A DNA stretch of 64,000 bases, from contig OZ237764.1 of the NCBI GenBank assembly GCA_965178125.1, positions 372,001-436,000 of the forward strand, in the 5' to 3' direction. The position numbers were made by a program, and so were the translations under genes. This DNA comes from Bilabrum cf. latius. Taxonomy: Eukaryota. Below are positions 1 through 11,861 of the stretch, in pieces; position 1 is the stretch's first letter, and each line of letters opens with the position of its first letter. A model generated the notes under the pieces. It had not been told where the DNA came from. It saw nothing but the letters and a program-made list of their open reading frames with translations, and ran no database searches.

Positions 1-298
1 CCTCAAACCCAATCGTGTCTCCCTTGGCAACCGGGGCGCTGGTTTGCACCGTAATGGTGGCTTTGTATATAAGTGGCGCTGGAGCTACGGTCGTTACCTC
101 TAGCCCAGCCAAGCCGGAGCTGTTGTCCCATTGAAATGTAACGTACTCGGGTTCTCCGTAGTAGTGGGCGTACTTGTATCCGTCCTCTACGATTGTCTTG
201 TACGGATAGCTGAGCCACGGATCCGGTGACGGTGTGCCGCCCAAAGTGCCAGACATGCAGGAGGCAGCAGCAAATACTGCAGGTAGAATATGCCACAT
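1..298 (-). CDS. Partial gene (5' part), probable secreted protein of unknown function
   Basis: ATG at 298 gives MWHILPAVFAAASCMSGTLGG (signal-peptide-like). The frame stays open to the window edge. It is divergent from the gene starting at 482. Confidence 0.5.
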   Translation of the reverse strand, partial: MWHILPAVFAAASCMSGTLGGTPSPDPWLSYPYKTIVEDGYKYAHYYGEPEYVTFQWDNSSGLAGLEVTTVAPAPLIYKATITVQTSAPVAKGDTIGFE

Positions 299-481
299 GC
301 ATTTCGAACGATAGTTTGAGCATATCATGGCGGCACTTGTGTCTTCTGACCCGCCGCAGTTCTTGCAGGAATCGGTTCAGTTGCAGTTGGGCTCGTGCGC
401 GGCTGCCCCGGGCCAACGGTTCCGCTGGCACCGCGTCGGTTGGACCGCGTCATTTCTCGTGCTATTCTAGAAATACTTCGA

Positions 482-3097
482 ATGCGTCAGTCCATTCTAT
501 TCTGTCTTGCCCTGGTACCGGCACTATCTGCGTAGGCTCAAATGGGATTCTGGGTCGACCCGGAGGGCAGCGACGCCAACCCTGGCACCTAGTCTCAACC
601 TTTCAAGACGCCGCAGCATGCTCAGCAGGCAGTTCGCAAGGCCATAGCATCTGGAATGTCTTCCAATATTACGGTGACGATGGCAGCAGGCCGCTACCTC
701 CTGAACACTTCGCTGGCACTTGGCCCGGAAGACTCTGGAAGGGACGGGTACGTTGTGAGGTGGATCGGGGCTCAATCAGGACTGCCTTGGTGCCGCGTGC
801 CGCCATCAACGCGTTTGAACAGCACTTTTACTGGTTTCCTGGCGACCGGATCCTCCCAGTGGGCAGCATCCTGCGACCAGCGGGACAAAACGAACGCGAC
901 TGTTCTAAGCGTAGGTATCCCGGTCCAATCCTGGGAGCCGCCCGCGGCGGGGTCCAAGGCTTGGACCGGCAAGCTTCCATCGGGCAGTACCCCGCTGACC
1001 AGATTCCCGTCGGATCTTGCCGACTCGCTCGGTACTGTCCGCACACGGGCGCGCACCCCTGACCTTGGCCAGTTCTTCGTGTGGGCTGACACCGTGTGCA
1101 AGAACGTTCGCGAACCTCCGTGCACCCAGTTGGCCCGCCGCGGTTTCGTCTATGCCCCCGGGTAGGTCCCTGACTCCTTCTCCCAGCCCCAGCACACGCG
1201 GATGGTCCTGTACCACGGATGGACCGACAGCTCCCACTCAGTGAAATCTGTATTTCCGGGAAACCGCACGGTACTCCTGACGAACCCGGCCGATCGTCCC
1301 ATCGGCTACTGGCCCAACCACGATAGCGAAGGCGGTGGCAGGTATTTCTACGAATCGCTCGAGTCCCTGGACTCTGGAGGCGAATGGTACTTCGACTGGG
1401 AGGGGCAGCAGCCCCTATACATCCCCGAGGCCAAAGACGAGGACCCGAACGACATGGGGTTCGTGCTGAGCGGCAGCACTGAGGTCATTACGATGGAGGG
1501 GGCGCACGACATCGAGATTGACGGCATCTCTGCCAGACACGCCTCGTGGCACTGCGACTACGAGGGGCAGCAGGTGTGCGACAGGCAGAGCACAGCATGG
1601 CAGCACTACGCCGCCATCAACATCGGAGTGGGGTCCAGGCGGGTCGCCGTGCGGAACACTGAGGTGGCGGGCAGCGGGGGTCCGGGCGTCTGGGCCTCTG
1701 CCAACGTCAGCGGTGTGACGATTGAGGGGTGCAGCATCCACGACCTGGGTGGAGGTGGGATCCGGGTCGGCTTTGACAACGCTTTCCTGTCGGGCTATGA
1801 AAGGGCAGCGGCTCAGGATTCCCACACTTATGGCGAAGCTGCGAACAGCTACTCCCATGAGATCCAGGAGCTGCGGGCGCGTCTCCTTTCGGGCAACGTG
1901 TCAGCCGACTCGTACTGCCACGGCAAAGGCAGTGGGCTGGCTGCGTTGTCAGACTTCGACCGTCAGTCCGCCCTGGCCCTTGCTGCCGGGATGCCGCCAC
2001 CCCCAGGCCCAATCAAGCGGCTAGATGACGTGCCTAGCAGCAGCTCCTCTGCCGTTGAGTATCTGCAGGCGGCTACTGACGTCACTGTGCGCGGGAACGT
2101 GGTGTTCAGGGGGGGTCTGACAAGCGCAAGCGGAACCGGGATCGTGGCCCAGTGGGCGATGAACTCATCATTCGAGCACAACGAGCTGCACAGCTTTGCG
2201 TATGCTGGCTTTTCGGTTGGGTGGTGCTGGAACTATGCCGATCCTAGCGGGTCGGGCGGCAATTCGATCCGAGGCAATTACGTGCACGACCTCGGAACCG
2301 GCACGTACCGCCAGCTGGGTGATGCAATGGCGGCGTTTTATACGCTGGGCGTGCAGACTGGCACCGAATTTTCGCAAAACATAGGTCACGACGTTTATGC
2401 ATCGTACACTGGCGGGTACGGGCTGAGCCAGGACCAGGGCAGCTCCAATATCAATTTCACTGGGAACGTGCTTGCCCGCATCAACGCCGCGCCGCAGACG
2501 CAGCACTACGGAATGGGTCAGACGTACGAGAACAACATGTTCTTGTACGGCATGCTGGACGCGTCAACTTTCAAGAACACGCCGGCGCTGCGGTCGGTGT
2601 GCCCGTTGGACGAGCCCAGCAACTACCGCTTCGTTCACAACATCGTGGCATTCTCCAACGCAACGGACAACGAAACGTTCCGCGGAGGTTTCGATCTGGT
2701 GCACCCCGACGGCCAGGGGTCATCCTCCCATCATTTTGACTTCGTGGGGAACTGCTACTGGAACTACGCCAGGCCCGCTTCGGGAGAGTTTGAGAGCCGT
2801 GCGGTATGGGGAGGGTGCAGCGCGGGGTATTGCCACGGCTCCCACGAGGCAGAGCACTTGACGTTCAAGCAGTGGCAGGGAGGCTGCGGCACGGGCGGCG
2901 GGTCCTCTCCGACGAACTGCACCGGGCCTAGGCAGGACGCGGGCAGTGTCGTCGCAGACCCGAGTTTCAAGGGGGACGGCCCCATGGGTCTGTCGTTTGA
3001 GCTTGCAGATGCTTCGCCCTGCTTTGGGGCTGGGTTCTCGAGGATTGACCTAAGTGGGGTCGGCGTGCAGGGGGCATTTGGAGAGTTGCACGAATGA
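482..3097 (+). CDS. Secreted right-handed parallel beta-helix protein, GH141-like glycosidase (~871 aa with TAG=Gln)
   Basis: Signal peptide MRQSILFCLALVPALSA, then FWVDPEGSDANPGT*SQPFKT (N-terminal motif typical of beta-helix proteins), GEWYFD and beta-helix repeats (IHDLGGGGI, NSIRGNYVHD). Three in-frame TAGs (533, 590, 1163) join ORFs 656-1165 and 1202-3097. Ends in TGA. Confidence 0.8.
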
Positions 3098-3299
3098 GTT
3101 TATATTAAAGCGTCCATTAAGACCTATCCAGGGAATCCTCTCACTGATTAATTTGCCAGAGCTGTTCGCTGCAAAGTTAGCTCAACCCCCAACCTAGAAT
3201 CCGGGGCTCTCTACTGGGGAGAGCCAGAGGGGGAGCCCATACCACATTCAATCGGCGCTGACCACTACGCTATACCTCTGCCACAACGAAAAATAACCA

Positions 3300-6200
3300 T
3301 CACGTCGTAGCAGGCAGGCGTTTTCTCGTTGCATCGACGTAATGCATTGAACGCCTGCCTCCAGTCGCCGGTTTCGTGGGATCTATCACACCATGGTTCA
3401 GCCTACCATATGCCCTGCCCTATCGGGGATCGGCTGCATGCAACCCGGGTGCAGCACCATGTGGGTCGGTACCATCCCCGTGGCCTGTCATGTCTTCCAT
3501 CGTGCTGCTGTCAGTCTCAACACGACGAGCATCACCCGGGTCCAGGGCTTCCTGCCTCCGCATCTACCCGGCAGCTTCCTCTCCCGACCGATCGGTTTGT
3601 GCACCGCTATAGCCGCCAGGGGCGTCCCATGGACCCTGCTGATCGAACCCCTGCCCTGACGACGCTTGTCGAACAAACGGAGAGCGCTGAGAAACCACGG
3701 AGCTGGCGGCCATTGTTTGTGCGGTCTCCTACCTCATCATCGGGGCTCCGGCATTGGATCGACCTGCGGTTTCACCACCTTGTGTCATGGATGGTGTAGG
3801 CCCATAGGCCCCATCGCTACGAGCGGTTGATCGCCCTTCAATTTGGGCCGATGCTGCCGGTGACCGGTTCGGGTACCGGGAACTGCCGGGTGACCGCTAT
3901 GGTGACCCGCTCGCGCCTGGGCTTACTCGCTCAAAGGCCTATCTCTGCAGCGAGGATATTCGACGCACCATCCCTGGGGAGTCCGTCGATGGCTCGCCGA
4001 TACTGTGCGCGCATTCGTCGGTCGAAATAACCCGCGGCGAGCCCTAGGGCAAGTCCTCGACAGAGCTGCTGCGAGCCCTGGCAGGCGTTTGCCCACTACG
4101 CGGCACCGGCTGACCAGCTGCCTTGGAGCCCCACTCCACCTGCTGCTCAGGCAGCCTAGCAGCGTGGGCGGTCGGACGGTCAGCTTGTTTCCCTGGTACC
4201 AGAGCGAGCGGAGGCACTACTAGTGCCTGCTTTAGCTCACCAGATACCTCAACCTCGACCTGCTAATCGCCGTCCTGCTGCTCTGCCTCCAGAGAACCGG
4301 GTTCGATCATGTTGAGCAAGTCTCCTTCCCATATTGCCTGCCCCTATTCCACATCGCGCTGCTCTCGCTGAAGCTGTTTCACCAATTCTTCCATCACGGC
4401 AGCGGCTGCCTCTATGGTGAGAACGGCGTGGCATGTCATCTGATCAACGATCGTCGCCTTGCTTCTGTCAGAAAGGCCAGCAAGCAGCTACAAGCTGGCC
4501 CCTTGCAGCTCAACCAATCGCGATTTCGCTTCAGCCAACGTCTGCAACAGTGGATCAGGAATCACGACAAGCTTCTTGAGCTCGGGTGGGAGTCCAGCGG
4601 CAGCAGCAGCTAGAGCCTACCGATGCAGGTCATAGTCCTGCAGTCTAACAGATCTGAACTGAACCGGGATCGACGCAGTCACCAAGCCAGATTTTCGAAG
4701 ACGCAATGCCTCTTCCTTCACGTGCTAGCTTAATGCATGGGCAACATAGCTCTTCACCATCGTGTAACCGGCAGAGCGTTCCTTCATCAAAAAAGCCCGG
4801 CGCTGCATGAATGCTTGTGATGTCCCGGTGAACAGCAGCAGCGCCTGCACCTGAGAGATGTGGCTCAGGACAACCGGGTGAAGAACATCAGTATACGACA
4901 CAATGCTCCGCACAGGATTCAATGCACTCTGTTCCAGCTTGAGCTAAGATTGTGTGGGTACTGCGTGTGGCTGCTACAGCTGTGAGACATCCCAAGTCTC
5001 GGCGGGGCCTCTCTCCAAAGAGTCCTCGCCTGACACTTCTGTGGATGCTGGCATCTACTGTTCTGCAGTCCCTTTTGTAGGGCCATCGTAAGAGTCTCCC
5101 TCGGCGCAGATCATTCCACCCGGTTGGCTGGGCGAATCATGTGGAATTCCAAGAGGTGCTTGATCTTCCCGCAGCTAAGCCGTTTCCGTTTCCCTGTCAC
5201 CACCGGACGAACCTGGCTCATGCCTGCCTCGCTGAGGTGCTTCGTCTACCAGTGGTCCGGACTTGCCGCGGTCGGAATCTCGGCGTTGCGGCGAGCTACA
5301 CTCTTCTTGTTCGTCCTACTCAGCTATCCCCGGGGCAATCGTCAGCGCGCCCGGAGCACTCGTCAGCGCGCCCGGAGGACTAGTCAGCGCGCCCGCGACG
5401 GACATACCACCCACAGTGCCTCCTTGACCAGCATGGCTAGTAGATCGATTATCCACAGCAGATGACGCTGCTGCCGTCGTAGTAGCCTGGTCATCGACGG
5501 CATATGCCCCGCGTAGCGACTCAATCACTCCCGTCAACAAATCATCATCGATAAGCCCCCGCAATTGGTCTGGGTACCTGGATTGAAAGATCTTCTCGAA
5601 CGCGGCGGCTTGCACTGCCTCAGGGTTCGAGGCGGCCAGATCCTTCGCCATGCATGACATGGTCGCATTCGCTTCATCTAGGATAGCTGAGATGCCTGCA
5701 GCGCTACTAGTAGCAGTGTCAGATCCAGGTTTAGGGTCTCCAGCTACGCCAGCCGAATCATCACCGTCCTAACTCACCATATGCACCCTCTCGCACTCGG
5801 GCGCACAGTCTTGCACGTCAAGCACACCGCCCCCCTTGGGCCACTTGATCGACATCTCGTCCAACATCCAGAGACGAAAGGGCGACCCTTCGCTCAGCGC
5901 GCCTGGTTGGGGTATCTGCACTCGTGCGACATCTGCCACGCTGGTGAATGATGTTTCAATGCGCTTGGGGCGAGGCCCACCTCCCGTCCCCGTGCCGGCG
6001 TACCTCACAAAGGTCTCGTCAGTCAGCGCTTTGATCCTGTCGCCTGGGGGCAACAGCACATCGCCAGCGATGAACCGCCATGGGCTGCGTTCTGCTGCCG
6101 CTTTATTGCGCCCCCAAGCATGCTGGGCACAGCTGGCAGAGCCAGCTGCGGTCGCAGCAGCCTGCCCGTCGACATCAGGATTGGCGAAACCCTGCTGCGC

Positions 6201-8180
6201 GTCCGGGGGCACGATCCCTGCAGTCTCCAGATCCACGCACGCCAGCATCGACCTGCACGCGTGCTCCCATTCCTCCACGCGGTACCATGCTCGCATCAGC
6301 GGGTGGTGCATGTCGATGCTCCCAGGAGACGGCCGGCCCGCCTGTGTATCAGCGTCGATCCATCGAGAGATGGGCCGCTCCAGGCAGCTGCACGCCAAAT
6401 TGTGCTGGCCTTTCTAGAACCTCGCTCGAATGGAATCCAGGTCCCAATGGTCGCTGAAATCCGGCAGGGCAGCGTCGGACTCTTGCACTCGCAGCCGAGG
6501 GTTGCTCCAGCCGCTCAGTTCTCTGTCATCTTGGCGGCACGTAGGCATCTTGCTCAGCAAGAAGTTGTCGCCCTAGTCTGTCGCTAGCACTCCGACGATC
6601 GCTGTCCCGGGCGAGGACTGCGAGAATTGTAGGACGTAGCAGCCCCTGTATTCGGCGGGGTCTGGACGCATACGAGCTTCTTGCTTGCACGCCTTGAGGA
6701 CGAACTGATTGGCCGCTAGCTTGTCGTCACCAATGGCAGGCACGATCCCGCCCGCGCCTAGGGTCCTACTGCTGGGCCTGCTGCACGAGAAGGCCCTCCT
6801 GTGGAGGCCCTGGATGGGCAGCGGGAACTACGATTCCACAAGGGAGGGCCAGCTGGCTTCCAATTGAGAGTCGCCCCAGCCAGTGCCCTGCCCGCCCCCT
6901 GGGCGACTGGCGTGCTTGCGGGGCACCAGACCTTCGCACACTCCCCGCCTCATGCTGTCGATTGTGCGGTTCAATCGCGACTGCCAATCATACAGTTTCT
7001 GGCATTCTACTTCCGTAGAAACGAACACTTCACTGGTTGGGGCGGCCGTGTATGCACCCTGGACCTCGAGTCTCACTGCGCCTTCGTGCGCTGGTAGCAG
7101 CCGCACTGCTGAATGCCTCATGGGACTCTTTATGCTGTGCTTGTCGTGCCCAGTAGCTGCACCTGAAGAACACCCCGTTCTCAGCATGGCATCCACGAGA
7201 GGCAGCCCATGCAGGTTGCCCACGTGGCTGGCCCACTCCTCCCTCACCCACTCCTCCTTGCTCTTTTTACCAGATGTGGACAGCCCGCGGGTGCCAGGGC
7301 TAGGAGTAGCCACGGCGGGATCGATTGTGGTTATCGCCTTATTCGAACTCTCCTCCGGCTCGCTGTATGCCCCTCGTGGCAGCCACACGCCAGGCCACAG
7401 CTGCGGTTCTTTGGCTCCCGCCACTGGCTGGACGGTGCTGATTTGTCCATCTCCTAACGGTGCGAGGTCGGATCCAGGCGCGGATACGCCTTCCAGCAGG
7501 TTGCTCACTGCCACCACAGGAGCAGGATAGATGAACGACTCCTCCTCGTGCGTCCAATCGTCACCGGTGACCGCAACCGCCCGGCTCAGGAGCAGCCCAC
7601 CCTTGTGCTCCCACGGGCACAGACGCAGCAGCCAGGTCCCCGGCTTGTGCACGATGCCCAGCAGCAAGTCCGCCGCAGGACGGGTCTGCATGCCCTGGAA
7701 GCAGTTGAATGCCACGTCCAGGGCCAGCAGCCGGAAGGAAGCCTCCATCACGCAGAGCTTCCAGGAGTTGGGATCATCCTTGTTCCATAGGTAGTTCACA
7801 TTCATGCACAGCATGACGCCGAGCAGATCGAGGAAGAGGACATCTCTGGTGGAACAATGCTGGCTGAATGTGAATTCGTGTGAATCTCGATCGAAAGGTG
7901 CAGCCGGCGGCTTGCCTACCTGGTTAAGTGCCAGTTTCCAGACGGCGATGCATCGGTCAGCCATGCCGGGGTGAACTCTATGACTAGTGATCAACTCACG
8001 CATGGAAGATCTGAAGGCTTCCCAGGGTACGGTAGGAAGTAGTTCTTGCTTGCTGCGGTAAGATCGTTGGTGGTGGGCAGCATGGTTCTTAGTGCATTGT
8101 TGGAGCATTGACGTCCAGAAAACGTCATGATGCGCTCACTTGTCAAATAAAGCCTGCCAGAATAGGATACTGCAGTCCAT
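3300..8180 (-). CDS. Unknown-family protein, tandem paralog 1 (~1600 aa; exons 8180-8140 and 8052-3300)
   Basis: A single frame links ORFs 6828-8108, 5769-6398, 5316-5660 and 4725-4922 through about 20 TAGs, with no TAA/TGA until the TGA at 3300. GT-AG intron at 8139-8053. Shares blocks with paralogs 2 and 3. A further upstream exon is possible. Confidence 0.75.
5340..5396. repeat. 21-bp tandem repeat x~3 (coding, GALTS[AP]P-like)
   Basis: Three copies of gtcagcgcgcccg at 21-nt spacing, inside paralog 1. Confidence 0.7.
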
Positions 8181-8372
8181 GTCTGCCCCCTGCGGTAAGA
8201 AAATGTTTGGATTTGCCGACCAAACAAATATATCAGATAGTTTGCTAACCTTCAACCTACTCGTTACAATGACACTCTGTATTTTCTGGTTTGGATCAGT
8301 TTTGTTGGGCACGCAGTCACACTGAAGTCATTCTGGTAGAAGAGCATGCCATTCATAAACGCACGCTTGTCT

Positions 8373-11300
8373 TTAGGAAGGGTCCGCCTCCACACCCGGG
8401 ACTGCCGCGAGTTGCGCGCTTACTGTCTGCCCGGGAGGCCTTGGGAAGCTGGCTCCAGTCGGGTCTGTCGTGCTGGCAGAGCTCTCCCTCGTGCACACCG
8501 ACGCACCGCTTCCGCTAGCCATCCTAGCAGACCCTCCACCTGCTGCATCGGATTCTAGACTGGCCACGAGAGAGAGGATCAATTCCGAGTGCACAGCATG
8601 CTGCAGCCGCATCGGGTACCTGTGTCGAAACATGCCCACAAACGCGTCCAGCTGCTGCCTAGTATCCCGGTCGGTGCACCTTGCAAGCCGACCAGCTGCC
8701 GCGTCCATGAGATTGCCTGCCTGGTCCAGCATACGATTGATGGCCTTCTCCGACGCGATTGCTGCTGTATCTCCGGCGCTGGCTGCGGTAGACTCGCGGC
8801 AGCAGGCAGTGGTGCTGGAGGGAACATATCTGGCCATCGGCACCCTCTCGCACTCGGGCGCACAATCGTGCACGTCCAGCACACCGCCACCCTTCGGCCA
8901 CTTGATCGACAGCTTGTCACTGATCCAGGAGCGGAACTGCCCATGTGCCTTCATCGCTCCAGATTGCAACACGGCCCGTCTAGCTGCTTTGACCGGGATC
9001 CCGGAACCACCTCCAACCTCGCTGCCGGTAATTTCACCGAGCTGCGTCCCCCTCCCAGTCAGTGCTCCGTGTCCGCGCTGGGCTCGGGGTCCGCCGACTG
9101 CGACTGCAGCGCGCACTGCAGCATCCCTTTCACTTGGGTGCAGCAGTAGATCACCCTGTGCGAATCGAAATGATGCCTCTGAAGGCTCTGAGGATTGAGG
9201 CTCTGAAACGTGAGGCACATCGGAATGTGGAAGGGCGACACCTCCCGCTCGCCCGCCTGCGACACCAGCAGTATCCGCCTCTGCCTGTGGCGAAACGATC
9301 CCTGCAGTCTCCAGATCCACGCACGCCAGCATCGACCTGCATGCGTGCTCCCATTCCTCCACGCGGTACCATGCTCGCATCAGCGGGTGATGCATGTCGA
9401 TGCTCCCAGGAGACGGCCGGCCCGCCTGTGTATCAGCGTCGATCCACCGAGAGATGGGCCGTGCGAAGCAGCGGTGACTCAGGCCACACCGGCCGGGTGT
9501 GAAGCGGTCGCGAATGGCATCCAAGTCACGGTGATCGCTGTACGCAGGGGAAGCGGTGTCAGTTTCCTATAGCTGCAGCCTGGGAGTGCCCCAGCCCGCT
9601 GCTCCTTCGTCCCAAGGGCGCTCGGTCATAATCTTGCTGAGCAGCTGGGTCGTGCCCTAGTCTGTCGCTAGCACCCCGACGATCGCTGTCCCGGGCGAGG
9701 ACTGCGAGAATTGTAGGACGTAGCAGCCCCTGTATTCGGCGGGGTCTGGACACACGCCTGCCTCTTGCTTGCACGCCTTGAGGACGTACTTGGCTGCTTG
9801 CTGTTTATCATCGGGAAGTCTTGGCACGATCCCGCCCGCGCTGCGGCCCCTACTGCTGGGCCTGCTGCACGAGAAGGCTCGCCTGTGGAGGCCCTGGATG
9901 GGCAGCGGGAACTGCCTGCTAGCTAAGTCTGGCCATACCTCGGTTGGCCGAGTTGCCCCACCATATGTCGAAGCGATGCGTGCTTGTTCGTGTTCCTAAC
10001 CACCAGCCAGCAAATTGCAAACCGAGCGGCGCAATGACTCAATGGTGGATGCCATGCGAGTTTTCCAGTCCAACCGGTCCGAAGCCCGGGTAGACGCTGA
10101 AGTAGCTCCATGGTAGAGTATGGGGGCCGATCCTGCCCCAGATCGACCTCTAGCCGATTGCGACGGTTCCGGCACACGGACCTCGTTGCTAAGACTCAAC
10201 ATCAATTCGCCGCTTGCAAGCACCGCAGGCATTGACAGCAACATGTGCTCCACTGGGCTCGACTTGATTTGTTCCCCAGCAGCATCGCCTGCAGCTGAAG
10301 GGAGCGCTGAGGACTCCCCAGCATCGGAGTCCACACGACCAGCATGCTAGGGCCCAACGGAGGGATCTGATCGGGCGCTAGCCGCGGAAGCGGCGGTAGC
10401 AGGATCGCTTGGCAGTGTCACCATAGACGTATGGCTTGACGATGTGGGGGGATCCGTGTCCCGGCCACCTGCATGCTCTTCAAATCTGCCTCGGCCTCCA
10501 TGATTTGCCAGCAAGACCTGTACGTGCCTGTTCCATGCTTGCTTCCAAGGTGCTACGACAGCCTTAATCCAGCGCGCATCGGACACCCAGACCTCTGCAA
10601 TATCACCGTACATAGATCGCACCGGACCGGATTCTGAACCTGCTGCTGTCGGCGCCGTTGAGACAGGAGTAGCAGTAGCAGCAGGCACAGGAGGGAGAAA
10701 CCCGCGCACACCGCCGTACGGAGACCTCTGTGGTGTCGTACCAAGACTGTCCGCAGGCTGTGCAGATAAGCGCACGGCAGTCTCTGGCTGCAACGTACTT
10801 CTAGCTCGTGCATCATCGTTTATCGTGGCAATTGGTGCCTGGTTGACCACTCCTCGTGGCAGCCAGGCGCCTGGCCAGAGTGCCAGGCAGCTGTCTGAAG
10901 CGGCCCTTAATTCTTCTCCAGGCGCGGATACGCCTTCCAGCAGGCTGCTCACTGCCACCACAGGAGCAGGATAGATGAACGACTCCTCCTCGTGCGTCCA
11001 ATCGTCCCCGATACCCGCAACCGACCGACTCAGGAGCAGCCCGCCCTTGTGCTCCCACGGGCACAGACGCAGCAGCCACGTCCCCGGCTTGTGCACAATG
11101 CCCAGCAGCAAGTCCGCCGCAGGACGGGTCTGCATGCCCTGGAAGCAGTTGAATGCCACGTCCAGGGCCAGCAGCCGGAAGGAAGCCTCCATCACGCAGA
11201 GTTTCCAGGAGTTGGGATCATCCTTGTTCCATAGGTCGTTCACGTTCATGCACATCATGACGCCAAGCAGATCGAGGAAGAGGACATCTCTGGTGGAGCA

Positions 11301-11629
11301 ATGCTGGCTGAATGTGAATTCGTGTGAATCTCGATCGAAAGGTGCAGCCGGCGGCTTGCCCACCTGGTTGAGTGCCAGTTTCCAGACGGCGATGCATCGG
11401 TCAGCCATGCCAGGGTGAACTCTATGACTAGTGATCAACTAACGCATGGAAGATCTGAAGGCTTCCCAGGGTACGATGGGAAGGAGCTAGTCTTGCCTGC
11501 GACGGTAGATGTAGATTATATAGGCTTAGAATATCGTTGTCGAATCATTCGCATAATGCGTATCGGACACATGTATCGGGGCTCGCACCTGATGAACATT
11601 GTTTTCCAAAATGCAATCGCAGCCTGCAT
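8373..11629 (-). CDS. Unknown-family protein, tandem paralog 2 (~1054 aa; exons 11629-11589 and 11496-8373)
   Basis: One frame joins ORFs 10347-11438, 9996-10334 and 8373-9524 through TAGs and ends in TAA. Intron 11588-11497 is at the same position and phase as in the other two copies. Confidence 0.75.
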
Positions 11630-11861
11630 TATGGTAGGTTCGTCAAAGTCGCCTGTGAATGTGTGTTTGTACATGCATTCTGTTCATTCACCACCAAACC
11701 ACATTCCACTCGTCACATCCCAGTCGGCCGGTGCAGCGGTGTTCTCGCAGCAATAGTGAACGCAAAGCAAAGCATGGCTTCACATCAATGCAAGGGTAAG
11801 GCGTACTACCACAGTCACGCCTATTCGGTATCAAGCCCGAGGTACAGATGACCGTAGGTGG

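Noticed and set aside
3205-3226. Short hairpin GGCTCTC-N8-GAGAGCC between convergent genes
   Set aside because: A 7-bp stem is expected by chance in GC-rich DNA and nothing else supports it.
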